Notes under the pieces: generated by a model
What the model was told of the DNA's origin: nothing
What the model saw: only the letters and a program-made list of their open reading frames with translations
Database searches by the model: none
Assembly (NCBI GenBank): GCA_025058225.1
Contig: JANXEE010000025.1
Coordinates: 11,302 to 75,301 of the forward strand
Source of the DNA: Candidatus Calditenuaceae archaeon
GTDB lineage: Archaea; Thermoproteota; Nitrososphaeria_A; Caldarchaeales; Calditenuaceae
Length of the DNA: 64,000 nt
Direction of reading: 5' to 3'
In this document: piece after piece, positions 35,899 to 45,313 of the stretch
How positions within the stretch are numbered: position 1 is the first letter of the stretch
How the letters are laid out: each line of letters begins with the position of its first letter
Program-made: the position numbers and the translations under genes

Positions 35899-36201
35899 TC
35901 ACTTCTTCGCCTTGAGCCTGGCGGCTATTTCGTCCGCTATCTGATCTCTGGTCTTTCCCTCTGTCTCGATGCCGAGTGACTTGGCAATCGTGATTATATC
36001 CGATGAGGGCTGCGAGGTCGCTGGTGCCGGGGTCTCCGAGATTACCGACCTGAACTCCTCCTGGACGTCCCTAGAGGCCTTCTCGTACTCCCTCCTCGCC
36101 TGACCTATCGCCCTCGCTATCTTCGGGATCTTGTCAGGGCCCCAGAGGAGAAGTATCGCGACCACAACCAGCACGATTACCCACTCCATTCCCTGGATCA
36201 A
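35899..36201 (-). CDS. tatA: Sec-independent translocase component TatA/E with HeH-like C-terminal tail
   Basis: 100 aa. WVIVLVVVAILLLWGPDKIPKIARAIGQARREYEKA is the TatA TM-hinge-amphipathic helix pattern. C-terminal ITIAKSLGIETEGKTRDQIADEI. Confidence 0.75.
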   Translation of the reverse strand: MIQGMEWVIVLVVVAILLLWGPDKIPKIARAIGQARREYEKASRDVQEEFRSVISETPAPATSQPSSDIITIAKSLGIETEGKTRDQIADEIAARLKAKK

Positions 36202-36272
36202 GACCTTCCCACCATTCGATCCAGAGTCGACGTAAAAAGGTTTCCCAGCGGAACGAGGCAGCGTCCGGTAAC

Positions 36273-37292
36273 GTGCTCCGCCTAACCTTAACTAATATCG
36301 TCTATCGTGTGGTGACGAACGGGATGAGCGAGGGCATACCCTGGATCGAGAAGTACAGGCCTAGGTCGCTCAAGGAGGTGATCGACCAGGAGCCCATAGT
36401 GGCGGGGCTGACGGGTGTGTTGAAGACTAAGAGCGTCCCCCATATGATCTTCGCCGGGCCGCCCGGAGTCGGGAAGACCGCGACCGCCCACGCCCTCGCA
36501 AGGGACTTCTACGGCGACAGGTACGTCGAGGACGGTCACTTCCTCGAGATCAACGCCTCCGACGAACGGGGCATCGACGTGATCAGGGATAAGGTCAAGA
36601 CGTTCGCCAGGACGATCCCGATGGCGGGGCCCGGCTTCAAGATACTGCTCCTCGACGAGTCGGACATGCTCACGGCCGAGGCCCAGCACGCCTTCAGGAG
36701 GGTGATGGAGCAGTTCTCCGGGACCTGCAGGTTCATCTTGGTGGCGAACTACTTCAACAGGATCATAGAGCCAATACAGTCACGGTGCGCGGTCTTCAGG
36801 TTCAAGCCGATAGATGAGTCTGGCGTCAGGCAGATGGTCGAGAGGGTCTCCAAAGGTGAGGGCATAGTGGTGGAGGAGGGGGCGGTGAGGGCGCTCTTCG
36901 ACGTCTCCGAGGGTGACCTGAGGAAGGTCCTGAACCTCCTTCAGACCGCTTCTATCTACTCCCGGACCGTGACGGCCGACCTCGTTTACAGAGTGGCGGG
37001 GTTCGCGGCAGCCATCGAGGTCAGGAAGATGATGGAGCTGGCCCTGAACGGCAGGCTCGACGAGGCCAAGCGCATGCTCAGGCAGGCCCTCTACGTGGAC
37101 GGCGTCTCCGAGAGGGAGATCGTCAACAGGATGTACGCGGAGGTCTTCTACATCCCGATACGGGAGGTCGACAAGGCGAAGATCCTCAGCCTCATAGGCG
37201 AGGTCGATTATCGGATATCACAGGGTGCCACCCCCGAAGTTCAGATCATGACGGTCCTTGCTAGCCTTCAATCGGCGTCAAGGGCCCCCTGA
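36273..37292 (+). CDS. rfcS: Replication factor C small subunit
   Basis: 339 aa. Motifs: WIEKYRP, FAGPPGVGKT, LLDESD, SRCAVFRF. The likely start is the ATG at 36324 (MSEGIPWIEKYRP). No intein. Confidence 0.95.
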   Translation: MLRLTLTNIVYRVVTNGMSEGIPWIEKYRPRSLKEVIDQEPIVAGLTGVLKTKSVPHMIFAGPPGVGKTATAHALARDFYGDRYVEDGHFLEINASDERGIDVIRDKVKTFARTIPMAGPGFKILLLDESDMLTAEAQHAFRRVMEQFSGTCRFILVANYFNRIIEPIQSRCAVFRFKPIDESGVRQMVERVSKGEGIVVEEGAVRALFDVSEGDLRKVLNLLQTASIYSRTVTADLVYRVAGFAAAIEVRKMMELALNGRLDEAKRMLRQALYVDGVSEREIVNRMYAEVFYIPIREVDKAKILSLIGEVDYRISQGATPEVQIMTVLASLQSASRAP

Positions 37293-37397
37293 TGTGACAT
37301 CAGACAGTTCGAGGGGATAGGTCGGGGTCACAAGCCCCCTTCAGACCTTTTTCGCCCACGGTCGCGACAGGCCATCAACACAAATATAGCCGAAAGA

Positions 37398-37895
37398 GTG
37401 GGGTTGATCGTGTCGGCGAAGCTTGACAGAATAACTTCCGAGATAGTGCGGCTGTTGAACGACCCGTCGCTTAGGGGTTTGGCCACACTGAGACACTACC
37501 CGATGGAGAAGAGGATCTACGCGAGGTTCGGGAGGTGCGGGTTCGCGCTGGACCTCCAGTTCGACTCGGAGGGCGGGACCAGGCACGTCTCGATACTGGT
37601 CGAGGCGGTCGCGAAAGGTTCCGGGAGGGGAGGTAAGAGGGGATATCTCCACTCGCAAGGAACGGCAACTGCCTATTTCGTAGAGCTGGTGGGAAACTCG
37701 AGGAGGACCAGGGTCATGAGGTCCACCTACAGGAACCTAGACGATCTCTTCTCCCAGGTGGAGAAGGTGAGGGCCGAGTTCTACAGGAGGTATGAGGAGG
37801 TCCGGGCTCGAGTTCCGGAAGCGGTGGGTAGGGTGGAGGCCGAGGTCTTCCACTCCATCGGGGTGAGGGAACCAGACCTGTTTCTCGGCGTCTAG
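37398..37895 (+). CDS. Hypothetical protein
   Basis: 165-aa ORF with codon usage like its neighbours. No motif recognised. An AAATATAG box at ~37381 suggests a leaderless start at GTG 37410. Confidence 0.45.
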   Translation: MGLIVSAKLDRITSEIVRLLNDPSLRGLATLRHYPMEKRIYARFGRCGFALDLQFDSEGGTRHVSILVEAVAKGSGRGGKRGYLHSQGTATAYFVELVGNSRRTRVMRSTYRNLDDLFSQVEKVRAEFYRRYEEVRARVPEAVGRVEAEVFHSIGVREPDLFLGV

Positions 37896-38320
37896 CTCAG
37901 GTACCTCTCTATCAAAGATTTGAACTTCTGCTTCGGCATGGCACCGACTATTGCGTCGACCGGCTTACCTCCCCTGAAGACCATGAACGTTGGTATGCTC
38001 ATGATCCCGAACCTCGCAGCGGTCCGTGGGTTCTCGTCGACGTTGAGTTTCGCGAATACCACCTTGCCGGCCATCTCCTTGGCGAGGTCCTTGAGCACAG
38101 GGGCCATGTACCTGCAGGGCATGCACCAATCGGCCCAGAAGTCCACGACCACCAGACCGTGGGACCTCACGAATTCGTCGAAGCCCGCATCGGTCAGTTC
38201 GACGGGGTGATCTATCACGGATTGCGTCTTAGCGTCCTCGCCACCACTTAACGATCGCATCCTCTCCATCAGCTTCCTCATCTTAATCCTCTCCAAGTCG
38301 GAGTCGTCCAGTCCACTCAT
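37892..38320 (-). CDS. trxA: Thioredoxin
   Basis: 142 aa. Active site WADWCMPCRYMAP (CxxC) and a thioredoxin-fold C-terminus (SIPTFMVFRGGKPV). Confidence 0.9.
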   Translation of the reverse strand: MSGLDDSDLERIKMRKLMERMRSLSGGEDAKTQSVIDHPVELTDAGFDEFVRSHGLVVVDFWADWCMPCRYMAPVLKDLAKEMAGKVVFAKLNVDENPRTAARFGIMSIPTFMVFRGGKPVDAIVGAMPKQKFKSLIERYLS

Positions 38321-38432
38321 AACCCTCCGAAGTGATGGTTGCTAAATAGTATTACCTCAGGACACTTTAGAGCGTGGGCGCTCCTCTGCCGCGGTGACCG
38401 CGCACGCACCGTTGTCGCGTTGATCCGAGTCG

Positions 38433-39362
38433 GTGAAATACCGCGATCTGGTCCGTAATGCCGTGAGGATAGTCTCTCTGGTTCCCAGCGTCACCGAGAC
38501 GCTTTACGAGTTGGGGCTCCACGACGAGGTGGTAGGTATCACCTATTCGTGCCCGAACCCGAAGCCCAACTCACACAGGCGCGTTGTGGTGAGGCCGCTG
38601 CTCGACACGGAGAACATGAGTCAGCCGGAGATCGACAGGGCAGTCCGGACCCGTCTCGCCACCGGTAAACCGCTGTACGAGGTGGACTACGAGGCTCTCC
38701 TTGACCTCCGACCGGACACGGTCTTCGTTCAGGACCTCTGTCACGTCTGTGCGGTAACCCCCGATCAGGTCAAGGTCAGCGGTTTCCCGAGGACGGTCGT
38801 CGTATCACCGAGGACGCTGGAGGAGTCGTTGGAGGCCGTGCTGGAGGTCTCGATGATCACCGGGAGGCGAACCGAGGGCAAGGAGCTGGTCGAACGTATC
38901 AGGACGAGGTTGGAGAACGTCAGAGAACGTGTCTCGGGGCTGTTCGGCAAAAGGGTCGTCTATATGGAGTGGTGCGATCCGCCCTTCTGCAGCGGCCACT
39001 GGGTCCCCGAGATGGTGAGGATGGCCGGAGGCAGAGACTTCGGGTCACCGGGCGCCCCTTCTCGGCGTGTCGAACCGGAGGAGCTGGTAGCCTTCAAGCC
39101 CGAGGTGGTCGTGGTGGGGCCCTGCGGCTTCAGGCTCGAGAGATCGCTCGAAGACGCGAGGCTCATGTCGAGACACTCCTGGTTCAGGAGGCTTCCGGCC
39201 TTCGCGCGGCGGGAGGTCTACGCGGTTGACGCGAAGAGGTTCTTCAGCGGCCACGGCCCCTCCATCGCAGGCGGAGTTGAGGCGCTGGCCGAGGTCCTTC
39301 ACGGAGAGCACGTCACGGATCTGGCCCCGGAGGGCTCGTACGCAAAAGTCGCGCTTGATTAG
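38433..39362 (+). CDS. BtuF/TroA-like periplasmic-binding-protein-fold protein (cobalamin/siderophore binding), no signal peptide
   Basis: 309 aa. RIVSLVPSVTETLYELGLHDEVVGIT is the class III PBP N-terminal pattern. No hydrophobic leader. Confidence 0.7.
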   Translation: MKYRDLVRNAVRIVSLVPSVTETLYELGLHDEVVGITYSCPNPKPNSHRRVVVRPLLDTENMSQPEIDRAVRTRLATGKPLYEVDYEALLDLRPDTVFVQDLCHVCAVTPDQVKVSGFPRTVVVSPRTLEESLEAVLEVSMITGRRTEGKELVERIRTRLENVRERVSGLFGKRVVYMEWCDPPFCSGHWVPEMVRMAGGRDFGSPGAPSRRVEPEELVAFKPEVVVVGPCGFRLERSLEDARLMSRHSWFRRLPAFARREVYAVDAKRFFSGHGPSIAGGVEALAEVLHGEHVTDLAPEGSYAKVALD

Positions 39363-40332
39363 GCCGCCGCAGGGTCAGCAGGTAAAACGCCAGCACCGCC
39401 GCGGTCAGAGAGAGTGTAACGTAATACGTCAGCAGGCGCCACCTGAGGACCAACTCCCAGTCGCCGACACCGTAAACGCCGGTGAGGTAGAGGTAGACAC
39501 CCGCCTCCGTGACACCGGCCCCACCGACCGAGACCGGTAAGACGCCCAGAGCGTTGCCGGCCATCGTCGAGTAGAGGGCCCTCACCACACCTCCGGCGGA
39601 GAGGTCGCCGAGGAGCACCAGGAGGACCAGCGAAGGCATCACCGTAACGGCCAGGGAGGCTATGATCACCGCCGCCGTCCTCGAGAAGCTCTCGGAGTCC
39701 ACCAGAACCCTCAGCACACGCCTCATCTCCCTGACGCCCTCACCCATCGCCCTCCTCACCTGCGGCGGCAACAGCGCCGTGAGCCTCCCTGCCCGTACCC
39801 CGCCGTCACCTGTCCCACCCGCGTATGCGGCGAGTATCGAGACGCCCACGATCTGCAGCGTCGAGACCACCAGCACCACGACGGCTATAGCCCATGAACC
39901 GACGAGGGTCGCGTAAATACCTGATATCACCATCAGGGGCGCAGTTACAGCGACGTCGACCACCAGCTCAGCGGTCGCAATCCAAAGGGCTGTGACCGGC
40001 CGCTCGCCCTTCCTGGCCAGCATGACCGCGCGGGCCGCCTCGTCTGCAACGAAGGGTACAGTGGTCAACGCGAAGAACTCGCTGGCGCCCCTCATGGCGA
40101 GGGCCTCACAGAACCCGACCCGTGTTCTGCTCGCAGACCCGACGATCAGGTAGAACCTCAGACCCTGAGAGGCCATTCTGAGCAGAGAAAGGGCCACGGA
40201 GAGCGCAACCGTCTGGGCAGGCAGCTCGTAGACGTCTGACAGCGAAACGCCCGAGACCCTGGAAAGGGTCATCAGCACGGCGACGGCGATCGCTGCACCC
40301 GCCAGCGACAGCTTGAGCTCCCTGCCCGTCAA
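39313..40332 (-). CDS. Polytopic membrane protein, UPF0104 / lysyl-PG-synthase-TM-region-like (flippase-like)
   Basis: The track ORF (491 aa) extends upstream through the methyltransferase gene in another frame, with Arg/Pro/Gly-rich junk. I trimmed it to the TTG at 40332, which overlaps the methyltransferase TGA (TTGA). The remaining ~339 aa are almost entirely TM helices. The start is uncertain. Confidence 0.55.
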   Translation of the reverse strand: MTGRELKLSLAGAAIAVAVLMTLSRVSGVSLSDVYELPAQTVALSVALSLLRMASQGLRFYLIVGSASRTRVGFCEALAMRGASEFFALTTVPFVADEAARAVMLARKGERPVTALWIATAELVVDVAVTAPLMVISGIYATLVGSWAIAVVVLVVSTLQIVGVSILAAYAGGTGDGGVRAGRLTALLPPQVRRAMGEGVREMRRVLRVLVDSESFSRTAAVIIASLAVTVMPSLVLLVLLGDLSAGGVVRALYSTMAGNALGVLPVSVGGAGVTEAGVYLYLTGVYGVGDWELVLRWRLLTYYVTLSLTAAVLAFYLLTLRRPNQARLLRTSPPGPDP

Positions 40333-40877
40333 ATCGACCTCCTCGAAACGACACAGATGGACTGCTGGAGGACCCTGAGGAATCCGGGAAACCTGTCGCT
40401 GAACGGGATGAAGGAGTGAAGGAGCAACTGCATCTTGTCCGTGAGCTCGAACCCGTTCCTCCTCAAAGCCCTCTCGAGCGACCACCACGTGAACCGGTGG
40501 ACGTGGGTGGGGTCCGCTAGGCTGTCGTAGAGCCCGAGGCCGAGGAAGTTGGGTGTGACGACCACCAGTGAGCCCCCCGTCCTGAGGACCCGCCTGCACT
40601 CCCGAAGGCAGAGGTTGAGTTCCGCGACGTGTTCGATGACGTCCAGCGCTATCACCCAATCGAACGACCCTCCCCTGAAGGGCAGGTGGGTTGCCGATGC
40701 TACCACGTCCGGCCTCATACGTCTGTCCAAGTCGAGCCCCACGTAGCTCCTGTACTCGGTCCTCGAACCGTATCTGTTGATTCCGCATCCGATCTCGAGC
40801 AGGTCCCCCGACGTTCCGACGGCCCTCTTCACGAGGCCCTCCTTGTGTTTCCAGTACCTGTGGGGCTCGATCCTCAC
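40329..40877 (-). CDS. Class I SAM-dependent methyltransferase (Methyltransf_11-like)
   Basis: 182 aa. Motifs: DLLEIGCGINR, VGLDLD, FDWVIALDVIEHV, LRTGGSLVVVTPN. Confidence 0.85.
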   Translation of the reverse strand: MRIEPHRYWKHKEGLVKRAVGTSGDLLEIGCGINRYGSRTEYRSYVGLDLDRRMRPDVVASATHLPFRGGSFDWVIALDVIEHVAELNLCLRECRRVLRTGGSLVVVTPNFLGLGLYDSLADPTHVHRFTWWSLERALRRNGFELTDKMQLLLHSFIPFSDRFPGFLRVLQQSICVVSRRSI

Positions 40878-41055
40878 GCTCCCCGCCCCCCGGAAAGCTC
40901 CCGACGCTTTATCGCGTTTATGCCTTGCCCTTCACCCGAGGTTCGGCCGTTGGCTTCGACCGGCGTTGACCCTGTACTTCAGGTTCGCTGTCCTCGGCGC
41001 CTCCTGTGGGGCCTAAGACCCTCGACGTCGTCACGCTTATTACGGATCTGTCGGG

Positions 41056-41628
41056 TTGAGCTCGGGATTGAGGGCGAGACCGGTCGTGGCAGCTCTGGAC
41101 ATAGAGACCACATCGCTTCACGCAGACGTCGGCCATCTGGTTTGCGCCGTGCTCGGCGACTACTGGACCGGCAGGTTGAGGGCTCACGTGGTGAGGAGAC
41201 CTGCCGAGGAGGGGCCTGTACTGGAGAGGGTCGTGGAGGGCATCGGAAGGGCGCACGTCCTCCTGACGTGGAGGGGGAGGGATTTCGACGTGCCCTGGCT
41301 CGTCACGAGGTCGATCAAGCTGAACGTCGACCCGAGACCGCTCTACAACCCCAGGCACATAGACTTGGCCGACGTGGTGGGAAGGGAGATGAAGCTGAGC
41401 AACTCATCGCTCTGGAACGTCGCTCGGTTCCTGGGTTTGAGTAGGGAAGAACCGACGACGGGTGCGGACGTCCCCTCGCTATACGAGGGCGCCTTGTTGG
41501 GGAACCGCGCGGGCATGACCAGGATAGTCCGTCACTGCAGGGAGGACGTGAAATTGACCCTTAAGGTCGCGAGGCGTCTGAGGGGGCTGCTGCAACAACT
41601 CCATCCAGACCTGCCTAATCTATCCTGA
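41056..41628 (+). CDS. RNase H-like fold 3-prime-5-prime exonuclease (YprB/PolB-exo-related)
   Basis: 190 aa. VAALDIETTSL is an Exo I-like motif. Also present: TWRGRDFDVPWL and HCREDV. Confidence 0.6.
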   Translation: MSSGLRARPVVAALDIETTSLHADVGHLVCAVLGDYWTGRLRAHVVRRPAEEGPVLERVVEGIGRAHVLLTWRGRDFDVPWLVTRSIKLNVDPRPLYNPRHIDLADVVGREMKLSNSSLWNVARFLGLSREEPTTGADVPSLYEGALLGNRAGMTRIVRHCREDVKLTLKVARRLRGLLQQLHPDLPNLS

Positions 41629-41773
41629 TCCCGTGTTCCCTCAGGACCCTCTTTATCCTCTTGACCTCCTCCCTCAGCGCGATCACCTCCCTCACGAGCA
41701 TCTCGATGTCCGATGGAAGGACCGGAGACGGCCCCCTCAACCTCCTCACCAGGGGGTCATCGAAGTGCTCCAT
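41615..41773 (-). CDS. Small (52 aa) predicted coiled-coil protein
   Basis: Below the track cutoff. ATG lies 24 nt after the stop of the AsnB-like gene on the same strand. Translation: MEHFDDPLVRRLRGPSPVLPSDIEMLVREVIALREEVKRIKRVLREHGIRID. Codon usage matches the neighbours. Confidence 0.3.
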   Translation of the reverse strand: MEHFDDPLVRRLRGPSPVLPSDIEMLVREVIALREEVKRIKRVLREHGIRID

Positions 41774-41797
41774 ACACTGAGCGTCTTCAAACCCGGT

Positions 41798-43048
41798 TTA
41801 AAGGGTGCGCCTCAACCACCGCCTGACGACCTTCTCCACTCCTGTGCTGTACTGCGCGGCCTTCTTGTCAGCCCTCCAAGCCTCCTCAGGTACAGACGCA
41901 ATTCGTGCGACCTCCCTCAGCACAACCTTCCTCTCGTGCCCGGAGACTTTTCGGTGAATCGGGAGGTTTTGAGCGACCGAGAGAACCTCGGGGGAGAGGT
42001 AGGGCAGCGTCAGCGTCGCACCGCCCAATGCCGCGGACACGTAGTCCCTCACCAGCCCATTGGATCGCAGCTCCTCCAGGTCCCTGGACATAGCTGCCCT
42101 CAGAGCCGACACTCCACCACGTTTGAGGGCCTCCGGGTACTTCGCGTATCCACCGAAGAGCTCATCGGCTCCCTGCCCCACCAGCAGCTGGCTGAAGCTA
42201 TGGGACCTCGCGAGTGACGCGCAGAGGTGCAGTATCGCCGCGAGCGAGATGTCCATCGGCCTCTCGAGACCCATCACCCGCTTCACATAGGAGGCGGCCT
42301 GAACCACCTCCTCATCGTTCAGCTCATGAGCCACGTGATCCACGCCCAGCACCGAAGCGACCCTCTTCGCCCTGACCAAGTCATCCGAGCCCCTCACCCC
42401 GACCGTCAGCGCGATGACCCTTCTCGAGGATTCGGTTGCCAGCTTCAGGAGTAGGCTGCTGTCCAGACCACCGGACAGGCTGACCGCACACCGACTGCCT
42501 GCGTTCCTCATGACCGAGCTCTCGAGCGCCCTCAAGAGGCCCTCGGGAGTGGCCTCGACCTCCCCGGACGCTCGTTGGTCTAACCCGACGACCGAGCTGA
42601 AGGCCCCCTCCGCGACCTCAACCATAGCATGCGGGGGAAGCCTGACCGCTGTTTGTGAGCGGAATGCCTTGGGCCACTGAACCAGCCCCACCACCTCACC
42701 GGATGCGACGAACGAGGGAATCGAGGAGAAGTGATCTGTCGTGACCTTGAACCGGTCCCCGGAAACAGCGATTCTCAGCCACGAGCTCGGATCGATGACG
42801 CCTTCCGACGCGAACCTGGCCGAGACCTCGACCTCTGCTCCAGAACCGGACAGCTCCACGGGCTCACCCCTCGAATACAGCACCACCATCGCCCACCTGG
42901 CCTCGAGCTCCGCGACCTGCTGAACCGGGACTCTGCGGCCGTCGAGGAAGGCCTCAACCCTCTTCCACGAACTGGCTGCCGAGAGGATCAGGTCGTGGTA
43001 CTTGGCATGAAAATCCTCCCGAGAAGAGAGCGTCAGCTGAAGTAACAC
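41798..43048 (-). CDS. Asparagine synthase-related PP-loop ATP pyrophosphatase lacking the N-terminal Cys nucleophile
   Basis: PP-loop AVSLSGGLDSSLLL with an AsnB-type C-terminal domain. The track ORF extends to 43165 and overlaps atpB. The in-frame GTG at 43048 avoids that overlap. No MCG(I) glutaminase start is present. Confidence 0.7.
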   Translation of the reverse strand: MLLQLTLSSREDFHAKYHDLILSAASSWKRVEAFLDGRRVPVQQVAELEARWAMVVLYSRGEPVELSGSGAEVEVSARFASEGVIDPSSWLRIAVSGDRFKVTTDHFSSIPSFVASGEVVGLVQWPKAFRSQTAVRLPPHAMVEVAEGAFSSVVGLDQRASGEVEATPEGLLRALESSVMRNAGSRCAVSLSGGLDSSLLLKLATESSRRVIALTVGVRGSDDLVRAKRVASVLGVDHVAHELNDEEVVQAASYVKRVMGLERPMDISLAAILHLCASLARSHSFSQLLVGQGADELFGGYAKYPEALKRGGVSALRAAMSRDLEELRSNGLVRDYVSAALGGATLTLPYLSPEVLSVAQNLPIHRKVSGHERKVVLREVARIASVPEEAWRADKKAAQYSTGVEKVVRRWLRRTL

Positions 43049-43062
43049 GCCACGGCTGCGGA

Positions 43063-44466
43063 TCAGGCGGCCTGCTGGGGTGCCCTCTTCCTGTAGTACC
43101 TCTTTATGTGGTCCTCCTTGATCTTCGTCAGCTCCGACTCTGGAAGCGTCGAGAGTATGTCCCACGCGATCTCCAGCGACTGGTCCAGCGTCCTGTTCTC
43201 GTATGCGGACTGATTGAGGAACTTCAGTTCGAAGAGGTCTCCGAGCTCGAGGTACTTCAGGTCCGATGCGGAGAGCCCTCCCTTGCCGACGATCTCCGCG
43301 AGCGCCCTCAACTGAACCGCACGCGAATAGGAAGCGTAGAGCTGGTTGCTGACGTCACCGTGGTCGGGCCTCGTCTTCTTCGGTGCGATGATCCCGGGCC
43401 CCATCAACCTGCTAAGGGACATCAGCACGTTGATCGGCGGGTAGATCCCCTTCCTGTAGATGTCCCTTCCCAGAACGATCTGCCCCTCCGTGATGTAACC
43501 GGTGAGGTCGGGTATGGGGTGGGTGATGTCATCGCTCGGCATGGAGAGGATCGGCATCTGAGTGAGGCTCCCCTTCAAGCCCTTGATTCGGCCGGCCCGC
43601 TCGTAGACCGAGGCGAGGTCGGTGTACATGTAACCGGGATAACCCTTCCTCCCCGGAACCTCTTCCCTCGCGGCGCTGATCTCCCTGAGGGCCTCGCAGT
43701 AGTTCGTCATGTCCGTAAGTATGACCAGCACGTGGTAACCCTGCTCGAAGGCCAGGTACTCGGCCAACGTCAACGCCACCCTCGGAGTGATTATCCGTTC
43801 GATCGCCGGGTCGTCGGCGAGGTTCAAGAAGAGGGCGGACCTCGAGAGCGCCCCGCTCTCCTCGAGGCTCGTCCTGAAGTACCTCGCCTCATCGTTCTGG
43901 ACGCCGATCGCACCGAATATGACCGCGAACTCCTCCTCCTTCCCAGGGACTGTCGCCTGCCTGGCGATCTGCGCCGCGAGCACGTTGTGTGGGAGACCGG
44001 AGCCGCTGAAGATCGGTAGCTTCTGCCCCCTCACGAGACTGTTCATCACGTCGATGGCAGAGATCCCCGTCTGAATGAACTCGGAGGGATACTCCCGGCG
44101 CTCCGGGTTGATAGGCTCGCCGTTGACGTCCCTGAAGTCCTCCGCGTAGGGCGCGGGTAAACCGTCGAGTGGTCTGCCGAGACCGTCGAAGACCCTACCG
44201 AGGCACTCGGTCGAGACGCCCCACCGAAGCGTCGTGCCCAGGAACCTGGCCTTAGTCCCCTCAATCGAGAGGCCTCTTGTCCCCTCGAACACCTGAACGA
44301 CGGCCCTTCCACCGCCCACCTCGATCACCCTGCCCAGCCTCCTCTCGCCGGACGCGGTCTCGACCTCGACGAGCTCCTCGTACTGGGCCCTGTCGACTTT
44401 GTCCACGATGACCAGCGGCCCCCTGATCTCGTAGATGGAGGTGTACTCTATGCCGGCGGCGCCCAT
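43063..44466 (-). CDS. atpB: A/V-type ATP synthase subunit B
   Basis: 467 aa. Motifs: [61 protein letters not shown]. No atpA or atpD is adjacent. Confidence 0.97.
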   Translation of the reverse strand: MGAAGIEYTSIYEIRGPLVIVDKVDRAQYEELVEVETASGERRLGRVIEVGGGRAVVQVFEGTRGLSIEGTKARFLGTTLRWGVSTECLGRVFDGLGRPLDGLPAPYAEDFRDVNGEPINPERREYPSEFIQTGISAIDVMNSLVRGQKLPIFSGSGLPHNVLAAQIARQATVPGKEEEFAVIFGAIGVQNDEARYFRTSLEESGALSRSALFLNLADDPAIERIITPRVALTLAEYLAFEQGYHVLVILTDMTNYCEALREISAAREEVPGRKGYPGYMYTDLASVYERAGRIKGLKGSLTQMPILSMPSDDITHPIPDLTGYITEGQIVLGRDIYRKGIYPPINVLMSLSRLMGPGIIAPKKTRPDHGDVSNQLYASYSRAVQLRALAEIVGKGGLSASDLKYLELGDLFELKFLNQSAYENRTLDQSLEIAWDILSTLPESELTKIKEDHIKRYYRKRAPQQAA

Positions 44467-44615
44467 CGAGCCTCAGGGATCCTGTCACCTAATAAATATG
44501 GGGAGCTTGGGTCTGGTGAAGCTGCCTTTCCGTCTCCGGGCTCAAGCCCCGGCCAGGGTGAAGGGCCCCGTTCAATCGAAGAATATATCCCGCTACCGGG
44601 GCCGTCTGGTGTAAG

Positions 44616-45128
44616 TTGAGGCTCGACGAACTCGACATGAAGATCATCGACATGCTCCAAGAGGACTCGAGGAGGAGCGCTGCCGAGATCGCGAAGAAGC
44701 TCGACGTCCACGTGAACACCGTCAGATACAGGATCAACAGACTCCTCAAAACAGGGGTGATCAGGAGGTTCACGGTGCTGTTGGACCCGAGGGCCCTGGG
44801 CTTAACCGTCTCCGCGGCTCTCATGATCAAACTCGAGCCCGGGAAGACGGAATCTGTGACGTCGAGGCTGATGGAGATGAGAGAGGTCACGAACGTCTAC
44901 CAGCTCAGCGGAGAGTATGACCTGATCGCGGTGGTCTTCGGGACGGACCTTCTTGACCTACAGGGCAGGGTGAACGCTGTTCGGAGAATCGACGGCGTCA
45001 GGGAGGTCAACGTCTTCGTCACCACGAGGGTCCTCAAGTCCGATGTCAGGTACAACCTGATCTCGACGGACCCCCGAGTCGGCGCCCTGAAACGAGGGCG
45101 CTCTTTCCGACACCGTGGAGTGGCCTAA
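44616..45128 (+). CDS. lrp: Lrp/AsnC family transcriptional regulator
   Basis: 170 aa, TTG start. LDELDMKIIDMLQEDSRRSAAEIAKKLDVHVNTVRYRINRL is the HTH, followed by a RAM-like domain. Confidence 0.9.
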   Translation: MRLDELDMKIIDMLQEDSRRSAAEIAKKLDVHVNTVRYRINRLLKTGVIRRFTVLLDPRALGLTVSAALMIKLEPGKTESVTSRLMEMREVTNVYQLSGEYDLIAVVFGTDLLDLQGRVNAVRRIDGVREVNVFVTTRVLKSDVRYNLISTDPRVGALKRGRSFRHRGVA

Positions 45129-45313
45129 AGGGTTGACAGGCTGCATCGAGAGATCCCGGCCCCGGTCGAGCTCGGTGTGTCGACAGAACGCAGCCCCGCC
45201 GTTATGAGGTGCTGCACACCCTGTTGACTGGTCTTACGTCGTCTCGGATAAGATCCGGTATCAGCCCGTGGGGTTGCTGAAGGTTTATCACGGGTTCTGG
45301 AGGAGAGCTGGCG

